This document shows positions 13,548-31,900 of a stretch of 64,000 nt of DNA, piece by piece. The stretch covers positions 1,426,001 to 1,490,000 of the forward strand of contig JBODTK010000012.1 in assembly GCA_050613775.1 (NCBI GenBank), in the 5' to 3' direction. The DNA is from Neocallimastix sp. 'constans'. Its lineage: Eukaryota. The notes beneath the pieces are model-generated. The model did not search any database. It was not told where the DNA came from and saw only the letters and a list, made by a program, of their open reading frames with translations. The translations under genes and the position numbers were made by a program. The stretch's first letter is position 1. The number at the start of each line of letters is the position of its first letter.

Positions 13548-16500
13548 TTAATCCATATTTGAACATTGAACATAGGCATCATACATCGTCCTTATATCAA
13601 CATTATATAAAAATATTTTTTCGAAAGCTAAAAAGAAATTACAATTTAATTTTTTGAAAAGATGACACTTTTGTTGATTATTTAATTGAAGGAAAGAATT
13701 TTCAATCATTTCCAAGAGTGTTTCATTATCACAGAAATTATAGGCCCAACAAAAATCTTGAATACTCTGAAATATATCCAGAGAATACTCTTGGAGAAGA
13801 AGACCACGAATCCAGAGAAGTTGTTGAAGTCGAAAACGATAGGATAAAGGTAATGAGGCATTAGATTTAATAATCATTGCCGATAGAGTAGAAGTACGAT
13901 CATACGATAGCTTGGATATTGAAATGGAAAGATCATTTTTACTACCATTACTATTACGATTACATCTGTAATTGCTATTACTATTAATGCTATTATTACT
14001 GTTACTGATACTCCTACCATAAGACTCTTCTTGCTTAAGGGAAGAAATAGAATTTTTTGGGGCGTTGGATTTTAGTTCTATTATAGAGGATGATGTACCA
14101 TAAATTTTGTTCATAGATGAAGAGATAGAAGATAAAGAAGAGGTAGTATAAGAATAACCTCCTTCATAGGAAGATAATGGTAGAATTTCTTTAAGACTGC
14201 GGTAGGAATTCGATATAGAATTAGTAATATCCTCATTTTCATTATCCGTATGACTTTCTTTAGGGTTTTCTTTATTTGTTAAGGTGGAAGGGAAGGTTGA
14301 AGAAGATTGAGTAGATCTCTGCATGGAAGAAGAGGTAGATTGTTTTGGTCCTGAAGTATTTAATCTTATTGTACTATGATTGTTTTTATTGTTGTTGGTG
14401 AGCTTCAAAGTTTTACAATAATTAATTTGAAGATCAATTAATCGATTAATATTCTTAAAGAGTAATGGAAAAGAATTTGTCATTTTGGCACTTTTAACGT
14501 CATAGGATAATAGGTAATTATTTTGATATTTGGTATTAAAATATTCAAAAAGATTAATATCAAAATAATATGAAGAATCATTCTTCCTATCCATTCCCTT
14601 GTTGGGATTATGTAAATTAAAATTGTTATCTTCATTTTTTAATTTATGGGAATGAAGTGAGCCTTGTGATATTTCTAAATGATTACTCTCAGATCCATAT
14701 AAAGTGGCTATGGATTCCTTTGAAATATCCAAGACATCTCTACTAATGTTCGGTATAGATGATAATTTAGATGGAAAATATAAGGAATTGTTAGAGGTAG
14801 TATTTTTCGGTGAAGTTAATTTTACTCTATTCGATGAACTAGAAGTTGGGGTATTCAATTTATTCTTTGGTAGATCTAAAAGTAAAGTATCATAATTTAA
14901 GGTATTTACCAATTTGTCACTATCTATTTTTGTTGGTTTATTAAAGAATGGTATACCTAATAATTTATTAGAACAAAAATCAAAATAATCTTTTGGTTTA
15001 ATGGAGGAAGAGGAAAGTATATTGGTTTTCTCTTCATATTTCTTTTCAATAAAATAGGTAAACATAGAGGTTTCGGTAAATCTCTGTATTTTTTTTATAC
15101 AAAAAAAAAAAATAAAAAAAAAAAAGAAATAATATAAAATAATATAAAATAATATAAAATAATATAAAATAATATAAAATAATATAAAATAATATAAAAT
15201 AATATATAGTAATATAATATATAATAATGTAAAATATACAATAAAACAAAAAATATATATATATAATTAATAAATAATATATAATATAAATATATATTAT
15301 TGTTATATTTTAATTATACATTAATATAGTCACTACAAGAATCAGAAAAACGTGAACGGAAAGCCATAATATTAAAATCGCCATCATTAATATAAAAGGA
15401 TTGATAATTATAGAGAATAGTAACAAACCAATGATAAAAGCATTTACGAATACTTTCAACACAGGCTTCCTTGTTAATGGAATATTCTTTCTTTTGAGAA
15501 TTAAGATAAATTTCTTTTTTAAGGGATGGGGTGTCATTATACAAGATTTTACGTAGATCATTACGTAAACAAGATTCATAGGGTAAATGGATTCGATGTT
15601 CTGGTAGATTGAATATTTCATCGGAATCTAAATCAACACAGAGAAAATCTTCCTCTGATGATTGTTCCTTGAAATCATTGAAACTATGATCAAGGTCTTT
15701 TTGATAAGACCGATCTCTAGTATGACCATCATTTCTTTCATTTATTGAGGACAGGTTTGGACTATGTCCATTAGAATTTTTCTCTCCATTAATCCTTGAA
15801 AATGACGCTGATTTTGGATGAAGGTGATTACCTTTATTACCTTTGTCGTTATTTAAATTATTAAGAGAAGAAAGGGAGCCAACATCACTTTCTTTTTTAT
15901 TGGTAACATAACCCATGATAAAAGTAATAGGTGCTTCTTTTAAGGATTCAATAACTGATTCTGGAACAATAGGTATATAAACCATTCTCCATTCTAATGG
16001 TTCTAAAAAGGATAAAAACGTTTCACTAGAAATAAATAAATAAATAATAATAAAATTAAATATTAAGAAAGGAAGAAAAAAAATATACAATATATATATA
16101 TATATTTATATATATATATGAAATTAATGAAATATTAATAAAATATAAAAATATAAAATTAGAAAAAAAATATTAGTAAAAATAATTATTATAAAATCAT
16201 AAATATTAATTGTTAGTTTTATATTATTAATGATCTTCTTTATCTATTTTCTATCTATTAATTATCATTTGTTTATTTTATACTACTTTTTATGCCTATA
16301 ATTTCATTTTATTAAATATAAATTTTTTTTTCTTTTATTATCAAAATAATTACCAAATTGGTGTTAATATTGAGGGATTTTCAGAATAAAATATAACTGA
16401 TTTTTCGAGGGTCATATGAGTAAAGATAGAAATAATATTATTAATACTGAGCAATTGGAATAAATGGAATACAGGATGATACAAGGTACATATCTCAGTT

Positions 16501-19250
16501 TTATTTTGAGGTTTTATTTCAAGAATTTCTTTAGAGAGTGGTAATTCAATCTGTATGGTAAAAGGTGAATTTAATGATGGTAGGAATATAGTATGCATTA
16601 AATAAGCTAAAAAGGATTCAATAATTCCCTTTTTAAGTAACTTTTTTGAGATTGGATTTGACATTGCCATTGCTGTTTCTGTTCCTACTTCTTTCTTATC
16701 ATTATTATTTTTATTGCTTTGAAGAGAATATTTCGCTAAAAGATAGATTTCAATAAGACATTTTTGCATGATACTGAAAATGGGTCGACGACTAATGAGA
16801 ATATAGGAGGTGATCGTCTTCTTGGTCATAAGAGAGTTAACAGAAGTAGTTTTTTCTAATAATAGTGATGATTCATTTACACAAAGATCTAAATTATATA
16901 ATAATGACTGATTCGCTTGTTTTGTGTGAAGTATTTTTTCTTGAGCTAGATCTTCCATATTAATAATATCTAAATTAAGTGTATCAATCACCGAAGATTT
17001 AGATCTTTCGAATGTAGCTAAATTCATTGAACCTAATTTTTTTTCTGATTTGTGCATTTCATTATCATCATCATCATCATCAGCATATTCTTCTTCTTCG
17101 TTTTCTTCTTCTCGACTACAACTACCACTACTACTACTAGTGCTACTAGTACTACTTAAACTATCATGGAGGCAATGGCAACTGAAATTTCTATTATCAT
17201 CTATAGATGATATTTTCGAATGTTTTGGAGAAAGTCTATTTTCAGTAAATTCTTCTCTCCTAAAATATTGATGTAATAGATTACTATTATTAGTAGTTAA
17301 ATTTGAAGTTGATTGAGTAAAATTATAAACGTTATAATCATTGGTTATACTGGAATATCCTCGAATTTGATTTTTACGAAAATATTTTTTTCTAATATTA
17401 CTACTATTACTATCAATATTATAGGAGGATTGAAAACGAATGGAATTCCACCTAGCATTCGTAAAATTATGATGTAAATTTGATCGAGACATCATATTAT
17501 GATCAATATTGACTGTCGAAGAATAAAGATTATTCAAAGCTTGTTGATGTTGTTGCTGTTTAAGATTTGTATACTGAGATAGAATGCATGCAGTAGAAGA
17601 ATTAATGTTTTCTTGATTATTACTATGATAATTTAAATGATTACCATTAATATGACAATGATTAATATTATTATGATGAATATGATTATGACTGTTATGA
17701 TTATGATTGCTATGATTATGATTGCTATTATTATGATTATTATGACTATTGGGACCATTAATATTATTGTAATGTAATAATGAAGAAGCATTACATTGTA
17801 AATGAAGATGAGATTGAGATATAAAATGATGACGTACACCTAAATGATACCTATCATTTAAAACTAAATTTGAATTATCTATTGAATCATTACTCTTATC
17901 ATATATAGCATGAGTAGAAAGTCTTAAAATGGAAGAAGTAGGTATCGTTGGAATTTTAGACAATGCTGTATTAGATTCTGAAAATTTTTTATCATTTTTA
18001 CATCTTAAAAATGCCAATTCCTCTACTATACCCACGAAAAAGAAAATAGTGATAATAATAATTCAACAATATATATAATATATAGTAATAATATAGTTAG
18101 AGATGTGAATATAATTATAAAGGAATAGATAGATAGCTTTATTTATAAATAAAATTAAATAAAATAAAAAAAAAAATAAAAATAAAAGTTATAATAAAAA
18201 AAATTATTTTTTCTCTTTTTTTTTTTTTTAATATTGATAAATACAAATATATATATATATGTATATATAAATTGATAATGATAATGAATAATGATAATGA
18301 TAATGATAATGATAATGAATTTATTAAATATCAAATATTTAAAAAACTCTTAATATACAATAAATAAACAATTAAATAATAAAAATAAAAATAAAAAAAT
18401 AATAATAATTTTTTATTAAATTTTTTATTATTACCATTTTCTCTTATTATATTTAAATTATGTTTTTTATTATCATCTACATTGGTTGAATCTATTTTTA
18501 TTAATGGGACTATTGGAGGTTTATTATGACTATTTTCATCAATATGATGATTTGATCCATATTCATTAAATGAACAAAACGAATTTATATGATCATTGGA
18601 AAGAGATTCTATATTTTCATTAGAATAATATGCAGTACAATCTGAACTATCCTTATTATGATGAAATTCTGAAGATTTCTTGGATATACCATCAAAATAA
18701 TATTCATTATTGATTTTGGTATTACATTTTATTCTTGCCAAATCCATATCCCATTTTAAGGGTAGTTTTCTAGTTCTTATACAACTGGCATATATTTTTT
18801 CCCCATATTGATTAGTTAAAATAAAATCATGACATTTTATATCGTCTAAATTATTTTTGTTTTTAGGTTTCACACACTCTACTTCTGTAATATCATAATG
18901 GTCCTTACTAAATAATTATGAAAGATAATAATTATAATGTATATAAATAATTATAATATTGTTGAATATTAATAATAATTATATATTTAATTTTATTATT
19001 TGTTTAATTTGTTTATATCATTGAGAAATAATATATATTTAATTGTTAATATTTTGATATGATAAATGAGATATAAAATATAGAGATATAATAAAAAAAA
19101 ATATATATAATATTTTTTAATTTTTTTTTTTTTTAGTCAATAAATTTTTGAAAAATTAATATTTTGTATTCTATATTATTAATTTTATTAATTAATATTG
19201 AATAATATATTAAATTGGATATAAATTCTAATCAATAAAATACATTAAAG

Positions 19251-19282
<32 letters not shown>

Positions 19283-19532
19283 TTTACCTTGAATCTTTAA
19301 ATACATTATTATTACTATTTTTCTCTTGAGTGGTTTTCGATATATCATATGTTTTTGCAGAGGGAAAAGCAAACAAACTAATATTATTAATAAAATCCTG
19401 ATCTTCCCCTCCCTCGGGATATATATATTGTTTTTTAACCAAAGGATTCGGTCCATTGCCTTCCTCTTTAACATATACCTCAACCGCAACAAAATATTCT
19501 ATTAATTTTGAAAGAATATCATCGGAATTCAT
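13548..19532 (-). CDS. DENN-domain protein (Rab GEF family), 5 exons, ~1543 aa
   Basis: Phase-consistent GT-AG exons: 19532-19288, 18907-18435, 18025-16354, 16025-15320, 15083-13548. uDENN motifs LIEYFVAV, ISLFAFP, FILTNQYGEKIYASC. cDENN motifs ILISRRPIF, LFQLLSINNIISIF..LEKSVIFYS, FLEPLEWRMVYIPIVP..EAPITFIMG, VDLD. dDENN motifs IRKCFYHWFVTILYNY, FTETSMFTYFIE. Confidence 0.92.
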
Positions 19533-20281
19533 TTTATTTAGTCTTGTTTATTTATTTTTATTTTTATTTATTTTTTTTTTTTTTTTGTGTTATTATTAAT
19601 ATATTTTTTATATATATTAACTCTTTTCCTAATTTATTTTATTTATTATTTAATTTAAATTTTTTTTTCTTTTCTTTTTTTTTGTTTATTCTTATTCCTT
19701 TTTCTTTATTTTGATTTTTTTTTTTTTTTTAATTATTGTTTCCTTTTAAATATTTAATACAATAAGATATATTTTATTAATTTAATTTTACTAAGTGGTT
19801 TTTCAATTTCTTCTAATTAATTAATTCGTCTCTTTTATTTGTATTTATATATATTAATATATATTATTTTATTTCTATTTTTAACATATATATCTTTATT
19901 AAAACATTTTTATAAAAAATGAAAATATAATCATAAATATATTTTATGTAATAATTTGATTTTCAATGTCATATATGTCTTTTGTTAAAAAACAAATTTT
20001 ATTTCCTTCTTTTTATTTTATATCCTTTTTTTTTTTTTTTTTTTATGTGTGTATTTTGTATTTTTAATTTTTATCATTTTTCCTATAATAATTACTAAAA
20101 TATTAAAAAGTTTTTTATAGTAGTTGCATATGAAATATATATATAATATAATTTATTAAAAAATAAAATTGTTATGTTTGTTCATTTTTTCTATAAAAAA
20201 AATTAAACTTTTAGAAATTAATATTACAAATATCCACTAAAAATAAAGTTTATTATTATTATTATTATTATTACTTTAATT

Positions 20282-20331
<50 letters not shown>

Positions 20332-21103
20332 AATAAGTTGTAAATTTTTAATTTTATAATTGGCAAATATGAATATTACAAATATCTCTATCTTTTTTTA
20401 TCTTTTATATATATATATAAAGTTAAAACCTAATAACAAAGAAATAACTGCATCATTTAATTTTAGAATTTTAATATGTCATTGAATGCAGGTTTATTTT
20501 ATGTTATTGATATAATATGATGATTAAGTTAAAAAAATACACTAATAATTATTATAAATTCACCTATAATTAGAAAAAAACTAAATTATCTTAAAAAGAA
20601 ATTTTTATTAATTGTATATAATAATTACTTTCATATAAAAATCTAAATATTTTTAATAAGGTACTTATTTTTTATAAATGTTAAATTTTTCATTAATAAA
20701 ATATATATATATTAATCCTTTATTCATATTTATTTAGGTAGAATAATTTATATTAATTTAAAATTTATATTTTTAATATAATTTTTTAATAAATTTATTG
20801 TTATGTCAAATATTTTTTTTCCGTAATGATTAAAAAAGTATTATCCATAGTCTTTAAACTTATTTAATAGTAATAGGCTCACAATATGAAAAAAAAAAAA
20901 AAAAAAAAAAAAAAACATTTATAATAATTAATATATAATCATTATATTATTAAGTTTGTATTTTCTTATATAATTTTATTTTTATTATCATTCATAACAA
21001 ATATAATAAATTTTTATTTAGATATATTATTAAAAAAATAAAAAAGGTTATTATAACAATATTATAATCTATTTGTATATAATAATCAATTATAGTAAAA
21101 TTC

Positions 21104-21144
<41 letters not shown>

Positions 21145-21498
21145 TTAGAAATAAAGATAATAAGTTTATCACATAATAATAAATTTTATATTATATTGAC
21201 ATTAACAATGAATTAAACAACAATTAACAGTTATTATTACAAATTAAAAATAATTAGAATAATAATAAAATTTCTATTAGAATATAACAATATTTATTAT
21301 TTATATAAATTAATTTTTTCTGAATCATTTTTATTTTTATCCATAAATCTAAATTATTTTATTCCTAATAAAAAATTAATATTAATTTCTTATTTTAATA
21401 TTAATAATTTAAATTTGAATTTTTGGAATTTTAAATCTCAGATGCTTAATTAAATATCTTAATTTATTATTTTTAATTAACTATAACTTTTTATATAC

Positions 21499-21537
<39 letters not shown>

Positions 21538-21575
21538 TATTTATTATTTTTAATAAACTATAACTTTTTATATAC

Positions 21576-21618
<43 letters not shown>

Positions 21619-21640
21619 TAACTTTATTAATATAAAGTTA

Positions 21641-24073
<2,433 letters not shown>

Positions 24074-24089
24074 AATAAAAATTTATTTA

Positions 24090-24410
24090 TTTATTTATTT
24101 ATTATTTATTATTTATTATTTATTATTTATTATTTATTATTTATTATTTATTATTTATTATTTATTATTTATTATTTATTATTTATTATTTATTATTTAT
24201 TATTTATTATTTATTATTTATTATTTATTATTTATTATTTATTATTTATTATTTATTATTTATTATTTATTATTTATTATTTATTATTTATTATTTATTA
24301 ATTATTATTTATTATTTATTATTTATTATTTATTATTTATTATTTATTATTTATTATTTATTATTTATTATTTATTATTTATTATTTATTATTTATTATT
24401 TATTATTTTT
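24090..24410 (+). repeat. (TTATTTA)n 7-bp minisatellite
   Basis: Directly visible tandem array starting just after the copia 3' LTR. Same unit as at ~2200-2460. Confidence 0.9.
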
Positions 24411-25950
24411 TATTTTTTATTTTTTATTATCATCTTATTTCAATTACTAAATTAGTTATTAAAATTAAAATAATAATAAAATTATTTACCCAATATAAAA
24501 AGTATTATAAATAACCAATCATATTATTCCATCATGAAAATATTAACTAAGATTAATTAGAATAATTTATTTAATAAAGTTTAAAAATCTTAAATTATTA
24601 ATGAAAATAAGAAATAATTATAAATAAAAAATTTTTTTTATTAATTATTACTAAAGATTAATAATTAAAAAAATTGAATATATATATTCAAATATTATTT
24701 GATTAAATAATATATTATTATTAATTAAATATAAACAAAAAGAAAAAAGAAAAAATAATCTTAGTAATGATAAAATGATAGTATCACTAATATATTTTTT
24801 ATTTTTAAAAAAAATAAACATGATTAATAATATAAATAAATTATAATTCAAATATGTATTTTATTATTTTAAAAATATGTAAATATTACGTATTAGTTAT
24901 AGCATTACAATAATATTTAATATATAAGATTAATGCAAATGCTGATTTTTATCAACAATTAATCCAAGATTTAATTGTATTTTGATGATTAAAACAGAGT
25001 TTTATCCACGTGTAACAGTTTAAATATAAAGGATAAATATAAAGGATAATTATAATTGATTATCAACTAATATTTTATTATTATTAAAACAAAATTATAT
25101 TATAAAATTTATAATTATAATTATATTCATATTCATATTTATTACATAGAATTTACAAAAAATTTTATAAATTATATTATTTTATGTAATTATTAGTTAA
25201 TTATTTATTTTATATTTCTTATATTGAAGGTTTTTTTTTTTTTAATTTACAATTTCTATTTTATATATTGAAAAAATCTTAATATATTTTTGAATAATTA
25301 TAATTAATTATAAAATTTATAAATATATAAAAATATAAAATAGTAAATTAATTTTTCAAAAATCTGAACTAAACCATCTAATATTATATATCATATATTA
25401 TATTATATATATTAACCTTAATTATTATATTTGGTTATTCATATAATAATAATAATGATAATAATAATAATTATTTGAAGAAATTTATGATTATGTTACC
25501 ATAAAATAATGAAGTGACAAATATAGAATTGTGAGAAAATTCATTATTTTCGGTATATACATATTTTGAAACAAAATAAAATGAAGTAAACTAGATTTTT
25601 ATTTAAATAGAAAATCAAGTTTAAGGAGGAATATTAAAAGTAGAAATTTATGATATAGAATTAATGTCGAATTAGATTAAATTAATATGAATAAGGAGTA
25701 TTGTATTTCGGACAAGTGTATTTCAGAATATGGTAAATTTTACTCTACTTTATTTAATATTTTTTATACATTGTAAATAAATTAATAAATAAAAAATAAA
25801 TAATAAATAAATTATAAAAATTTTAATATTAATAATATATAATTAAATAAATAAGCATTAAATAATAAATTAGTTTCATATACACTTTTCTTTTTAAAAA
25901 CATAATTAAATATACTTTTTGGAAATTTTAATTAAAAATTTTAATTAAAA

Positions 25951-26324
25951 ATGGAAGAAAACATAAAAATTGATATTAGTGAGACCAATTGATGAAAAAA
26001 ACAAATTATCATTTGAAAAAAAGTATAAATATAATTTTTCATCTAAAAAAAAAAAGATAATTCATAAGTATAGAAATTAAGTGTAAAACTTTAAATAAAT
26101 GTAAATTTTAAAATATGAATATCTTCATAATCATATCGAAAAAGAATTTAATACATCTATATTTATTACAAAACATAGAATTAAAGAAGAAATAAGAAAA
26201 AATTCAGATCCTTTGGATATCAAACCTAAGCATATAATTAATGAAGTTTCTCAATAAATGGTTTTATATATCCTAAATATAGTATAATTAGATCTCAGAT
26301 AATAAGAAGTATAAAAAACAATTA
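25951..26324 (+). pseudogene. Remnant of a Mutator-like (MULE/FLYWCH-type) transposase N-terminus
   Basis: Broken reading frame: MEENIKIDISETN**KKQIII*KKYKYNFS...KTLNKCK...LKYEYLHNHIEKEF...KHRIKEEIRKNSDPLDIKPKHI...IRSQIIRSIKKQL. The C..HNH zinc-binding pattern and overall sequence resemble, from memory, MULE-associated ORFs abundant in anaerobic fungi. Confidence 0.65.
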
Positions 26325-26570
26325 AATGATTAAAACAAAAAAAATTTATATATTTTAATTAATAATAAAAAAAAAAGCTTTCCAACATAAATCATATTTA
26401 TTATATTTGTTTAATCTGGATTTTCAAATACAAATGAATTTTTACAATAATATTTTATTGATATTTCTATATATAAATGATAATTATTAAGTTAATAATT
26501 TTTAAAACTCTTTCATTTTTAGTTACTAATATATTAATAAACATTTCTCATTAAATCTATTTTTACCTTC

Positions 26571-26650
<80 letters not shown>

Positions 26651-27445
26651 TTGATATTAATCATCATCATCATCAAAAACTTATTATTTTTAATGAAGAT
26701 TTAATACTTAACAATGAATTGTGTATTATTATTATTATTATTAACCACTCATATATATCAATTTTGCAGTCATTGAATATATATAATATTTTAATTTATA
26801 TTTTTTATCCTATTTATAAATATAAACTATAATTGATTTTAGTAATATTTATTATTATACTATTATTTATTTAATTTATAATATACACATAATTTACTTT
26901 TAATTAGTTTATTACATATGATTTATTTTATATCCTATAAAAAAATTATTATAAATTTTATTAAAAAATTAAAAAAGCTTAATCTATACTTTTTTTTACT
27001 AAAATTTTTAATCTTTATATTATTTTTCCTTTTCCTTTTCCTTTTCCTTTTTTTTAAATTTCTTAAATTTCTTTCTGTTCAAAAATGTTAATCTTTTACT
27101 TATAAATTTATTTAATAAAGAGAAATTTAAAAGACTAAGAAGTGATAATTAAAAGGAAACACGTTTAATCTATACCTATGCCATACATTAATAATTATTA
27201 ATTTTAAAGTTAGTAACAGTAAAACAAAAATTAATGTTTTATCATAAAAAAAAAAAAAAAAAAAGAGCAATAAAAAATTAAATAAAACAACTTTTAGAAA
27301 AATCTTAAAAAAGTAATTTAAATTAATTATTTTTAATTTTGAAGATTATAGAACAAATTATATAATTTTATTAAAATTAGACAAGAATACCTCTTTGACA
27401 GTATATATTATAGAAGAAATTTTTTCTTAGAACTTTAATTCCTTG

Positions 27446-27518
27446 TTATAATGTTTGTTAATTTATAATGTTTGTTAATTTATAATGTTTGTTAATTTAT
27501 ACTGTTTGTTAATTTATA
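27446..27518 (+). repeat. 17-bp tandem repeat (TTATAATGTTTGTTAAT) x4
   Basis: Four near-identical units visible directly. Confidence 0.85.
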
Positions 27519-28708
27519 AAAATAAATTATTTTATTTTTATTTATAAAATTTTATTCATTTTTAAAAGAAAAGGAATTTTCAATAGTTTTGCTATATGTT
27601 TCAATAAGAAAAATAATAAAAAAATAATAATAATTGGAAAAGGGAATAATGAAGAAAATTGAATGATTATTTTTCAAAATTTATGAGTTTTGAATTTTAA
27701 TTTGAAATTTATGAATAAAAATAAAAGAATATAATATTCAATATTAATATATATTATAAAATTAATTTAAAATTTATTAAAATATATTATATTCATATAG
27801 TAAAATGTAAAATTTAATATGTACTATAAAGAAATATCAATTTTAATTAAATTACAATTTATTATGTATTGTAATATATAATAATTAAATTTATTATTTA
27901 TTAATAAATTAATACATAAATAGTAAATATATATTAAATTTTGTTTTGATTTTGATTAATGGATGATGTATATAAATAAAACTTTCTTTTTTTTTTTTCT
28001 TTCTTTTTCTTTTTTTTTTATACATAAAATCAAAATAAAATTGAACGTTTTTATATAAAAAAATTCAAGTTTTATTAGAAAATATTTATTTCTAAAGTAG
28101 ATAAATATTTTTATTTTAATAGACTATCAGAAGAAAATAAAAAAAATATAATTACTTAAAAGAATAAATAGACATCTATATAAAATAGAAAAATAATATA
28201 TTCTAAATATTCTTTAATAAATTTATTTTTTAATTTTTTTTTGATTTTATTCCTCCATTTGTGAAAAAAGAAAGAAAAAAAAATTTTATTTAGTTGTTTT
28301 CTTTTTTTTTTAACATCTTACTGTTTTTGATTAATTTATATTTTAAGAAACTTTTACTTACTAGATTTTTACTTAAAGGTATAATATTTTAGTAATTTAT
28401 TGTTTATTTATTTAAATTTTTTTATTTTTTTAATATGTTATTTATTTGTATATACATCAAAAATTTGATTATAAGATGATACTTTAATAATTTATAAAAT
28501 AAAAGAAAAATTAGAAATAAAAATTAGAAGTTTGAATTAAATGAATAAATATAATAATGAGTATAAATTATAAAATTAAAAAAAAAAATGTAATAAATGA
28601 AAAATTGTTTCGTTTATTTATATATTGTTTATTTAAAAATAAAAGAAATAAATAGTAGATCAATAAATACTTAATAAGAATAAAAAATATAAAATATAAA
28701 TAAAAAAT

Positions 28709-28745
<37 letters not shown>

Positions 28746-28939
28746 AATTATAATAGTAGAAATAGGAATTAAATAAAATTATAAATATAGTAATAAATAA
28801 TTAAAAATTGATCATTTTAAATGAAGATATAATATAATTATTTTTTTTATAGATTATTAAAACATTGTAATTAATTTTTAATAATATATGTGATATTGTT
28901 AATATTATAATTTTATAATAGATACTTTTTAAACTAAAT

Positions 28940-31900
28940 ATGGAACCAATTTCAGATATTCCACAAGAATTGGAAGATCAATACGAAGTTGTTGATTCTT
29001 CCTCACCAAAAAAGACTCCAAAGATTAATTCATTTGATGAATCTTTTCCAGCTTTACCAACCTCTGGTAAATCAGTAGGAAATAGATCAGTCAAACCATA
29101 TAAACCACTTTATAACAATACTGTTATTGAAAACTTTTCTATTAGTTCAGCTGATTTAAAAAAGGAAGTTATTGGTGGTTCCAAAACTTCTGAAGTTTGT
29201 AACAAGGTTAAAAAGAATATTCCAGTTCAAATTGATGTTTCTATTCAAAACAAGTCTGGTACCGTCACTATTATTCTTAAGGGTAAGGAAAAAGATGTTA
29301 AAGCTGCTAAGAGAGAAATCTATTCTGGTATCTGTGCTGAAGTTGTTGATTATTTCCCATTCCCATACTCTGTAAGAAGATATATTGTTGGTCAAAAGGG
29401 TGCTAATATTAAGGCAATTATGGCTGATACCAAAACTAATATTGAAATGCCACAACGTTTACCAAATGAAGATGAAATTGATGATGAAGAAGAACAAAAT
29501 TTAAAGATTTCTGGTGATAGAATTGGTATCGAATTAGCTAAAGAAAGTATTGAAAAGATTATTAATAAATATGCTAATCGTTACAGACAAACAATAAAGA
29601 TTCCAAGATCTTATCATATGATTATTGCTGGTCCAGACAATTCTAACTTGCAATTAATTCAAGAAGAAACAGGTGCTAAGGTTCGTATTCCACCATATAT
29701 TGTGAATGAAAAGGCCTTTGATCCAGAAGAAATTTCTGTAACTGGTACTAAAGCTGCAACAACTCTTGCTCTTGAAAAAATTAAGAGTATCTACGAAGAA
29801 TTAAAACGTAAAACTGATGAATTAGTTTTTACTTGTAATAAGAAGCAACACCAATTTATTGTTGGTCCAAAGGGAAAGAACCTTCAAGATATTCTTAAAA
29901 GTACTGGATGTGGTGTTGAATTACCATTACCAAAGGAAAAGAGTGATAGAATTATAATACGTGGTCCACCAGAGAACTTACCAGTTGCATTAAAATTGAT
30001 TACTGAAAAGGCTAACTCTCAATTCATTGAAGATATTAATATTTCTGAATTTGTTAGTGATCCATCTAATTATCACTTCTTCAGAAAGTACCTTTACACA
30101 AAGGAATGGCAAAACATAAAGGCACTCGAAGAAAAGTACAGTGTTACTATTAACATTCGTGAAAATCAAAATTCACCAAATAATCTTGAAGTTAATGGTA
30201 AAAATAAAAAGAATACTGAAGCTGCTGCAAAGGCCTTTGCCGATAGTCTTAAGAAATGTAAAACATTTGAGTATGATACTATTGAAATTCCTCATGGTGT
30301 TCATTCTCATATTATTGGAAAGAACGCCAAGAACATCAATAAGATTAAATCTAAGTACGATGATAAACTTGTAGATATCATTATTCCAAATGAAAAAGAA
30401 GAATCTGATGAAATTATAATCATTGTTGATGGAAAGAATATGGCTAAAGGCTCTATTACTAATTTATTAGATCAAGTAAAGAATGATATCAATGAAAGTG
30501 CTGACAAGCTTGCTCATATGGTTACTCAAACTATTGAAATTGATCCAAAGTATCATGGTTCTTTAATTGGTACTGGTGGTTCAGCTATCAAGGAATTAAG
30601 AGCCAAATATAATAATACAATAATGGTTAGATTCCCACAAAAGGATGCTAAGGGTAACGATTCTACCATTACTGTTAGTGGCCCAGAAAAAGATGTTATT
30701 GAAGCCATTAATGATCTCAAAGCTGCTGTTGAATCTCAAAAGCATTTTGATTTTATGAATAGATTCTCTGAAGTGGTTACCATTGGTAAGGGTATTGGTC
30801 GTCGTATTGTAGGTGGTGCTCATGTTCAAAATTGGTTAGTTGAAGCCTTAAAAGAAAAAGTTGGCAACAAGCATGAAATCACTGATGAGGAATTAAATAT
30901 GATGAGATTTGATATTAAAGAAGAAAATGATAAAGATGTAATTACTTGTACAGGTCACAGAAATTTAATTCCATATGTTGTTAAATTAGTTTCAGAACGT
31001 GCTAAAGAAATTCTCGATACTGTTAATGTTGATATTGATGTAGACAATAAATATCACAGTTTATTAATTGGTGCTGGTGGTAAGAATATTAATGAAATTA
31101 AAAAGAAATTTAATGTTCAATTCTTCTTCCCAAACAAGATTGATGAGGATGATGAAGATTATGAAGAAAAAATTAAGAGTAGAAACCAAAATAAGATTAC
31201 TATTAGAGGTCTTAAGGGTGATGTTGAAAAGGCTAAGAAGGAAGTTCTTGACCAAGTCAAGGGTATCATAGAACGTTCTCATGAAATTTCCTTTGAAGTA
31301 CCAAGACTTGTTATTGGTAAGATTGTTGGTCCAAAGGGTGCTGTTATTGGTAAAATAAAGGAAGATACTAATACTAGAATCGACTTTGATGATGATGAAG
31401 AAGATGAAATTGATGAAGAAGGCGATGTTAAAATAGTTATCAAGGGTACCAAGAAGGATTGTGAAGAAGCCAAGAAACAAATTAAGAGAATTGTTGATGA
31501 AAGTTCTATTGTACTTACTCGTGAAGTAGAAGCACCAAGAGATGTTCATAGAGCATTAAATACAAGATTCCGTTCTCATATGGATGCAATTGCCACTAAG
31601 TACAGTGTTGGAAATGATAAGGTTCGTTTTAACTTCCCATATGGTTTCGAAGAAGGTGAAGAATTAAATAAGGTATTTGTTCGCGCACCAAGAGAACATA
31701 TTGATGAATGTGTTGAAGCCTTTAAGAAATTAGTAGAAAAGGCTATAGAAGATGTTAACAACCGTGTATCTATTGAAATATCTGTTCCAAGAACCGATTT
31801 AGCAAGAATTGTTGGTACTAAGGGTTCTAACATCAATGAAATTTCCAGAAAATATGAGGTTTCTATTGATATGCATCGTGACTTCTCTGACTCTGATATG

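Noticed and set aside
27446..27518. CRISPR-like array
   Set aside because: Contiguous tandem units without spacers, in a eukaryotic context with no cas genes.
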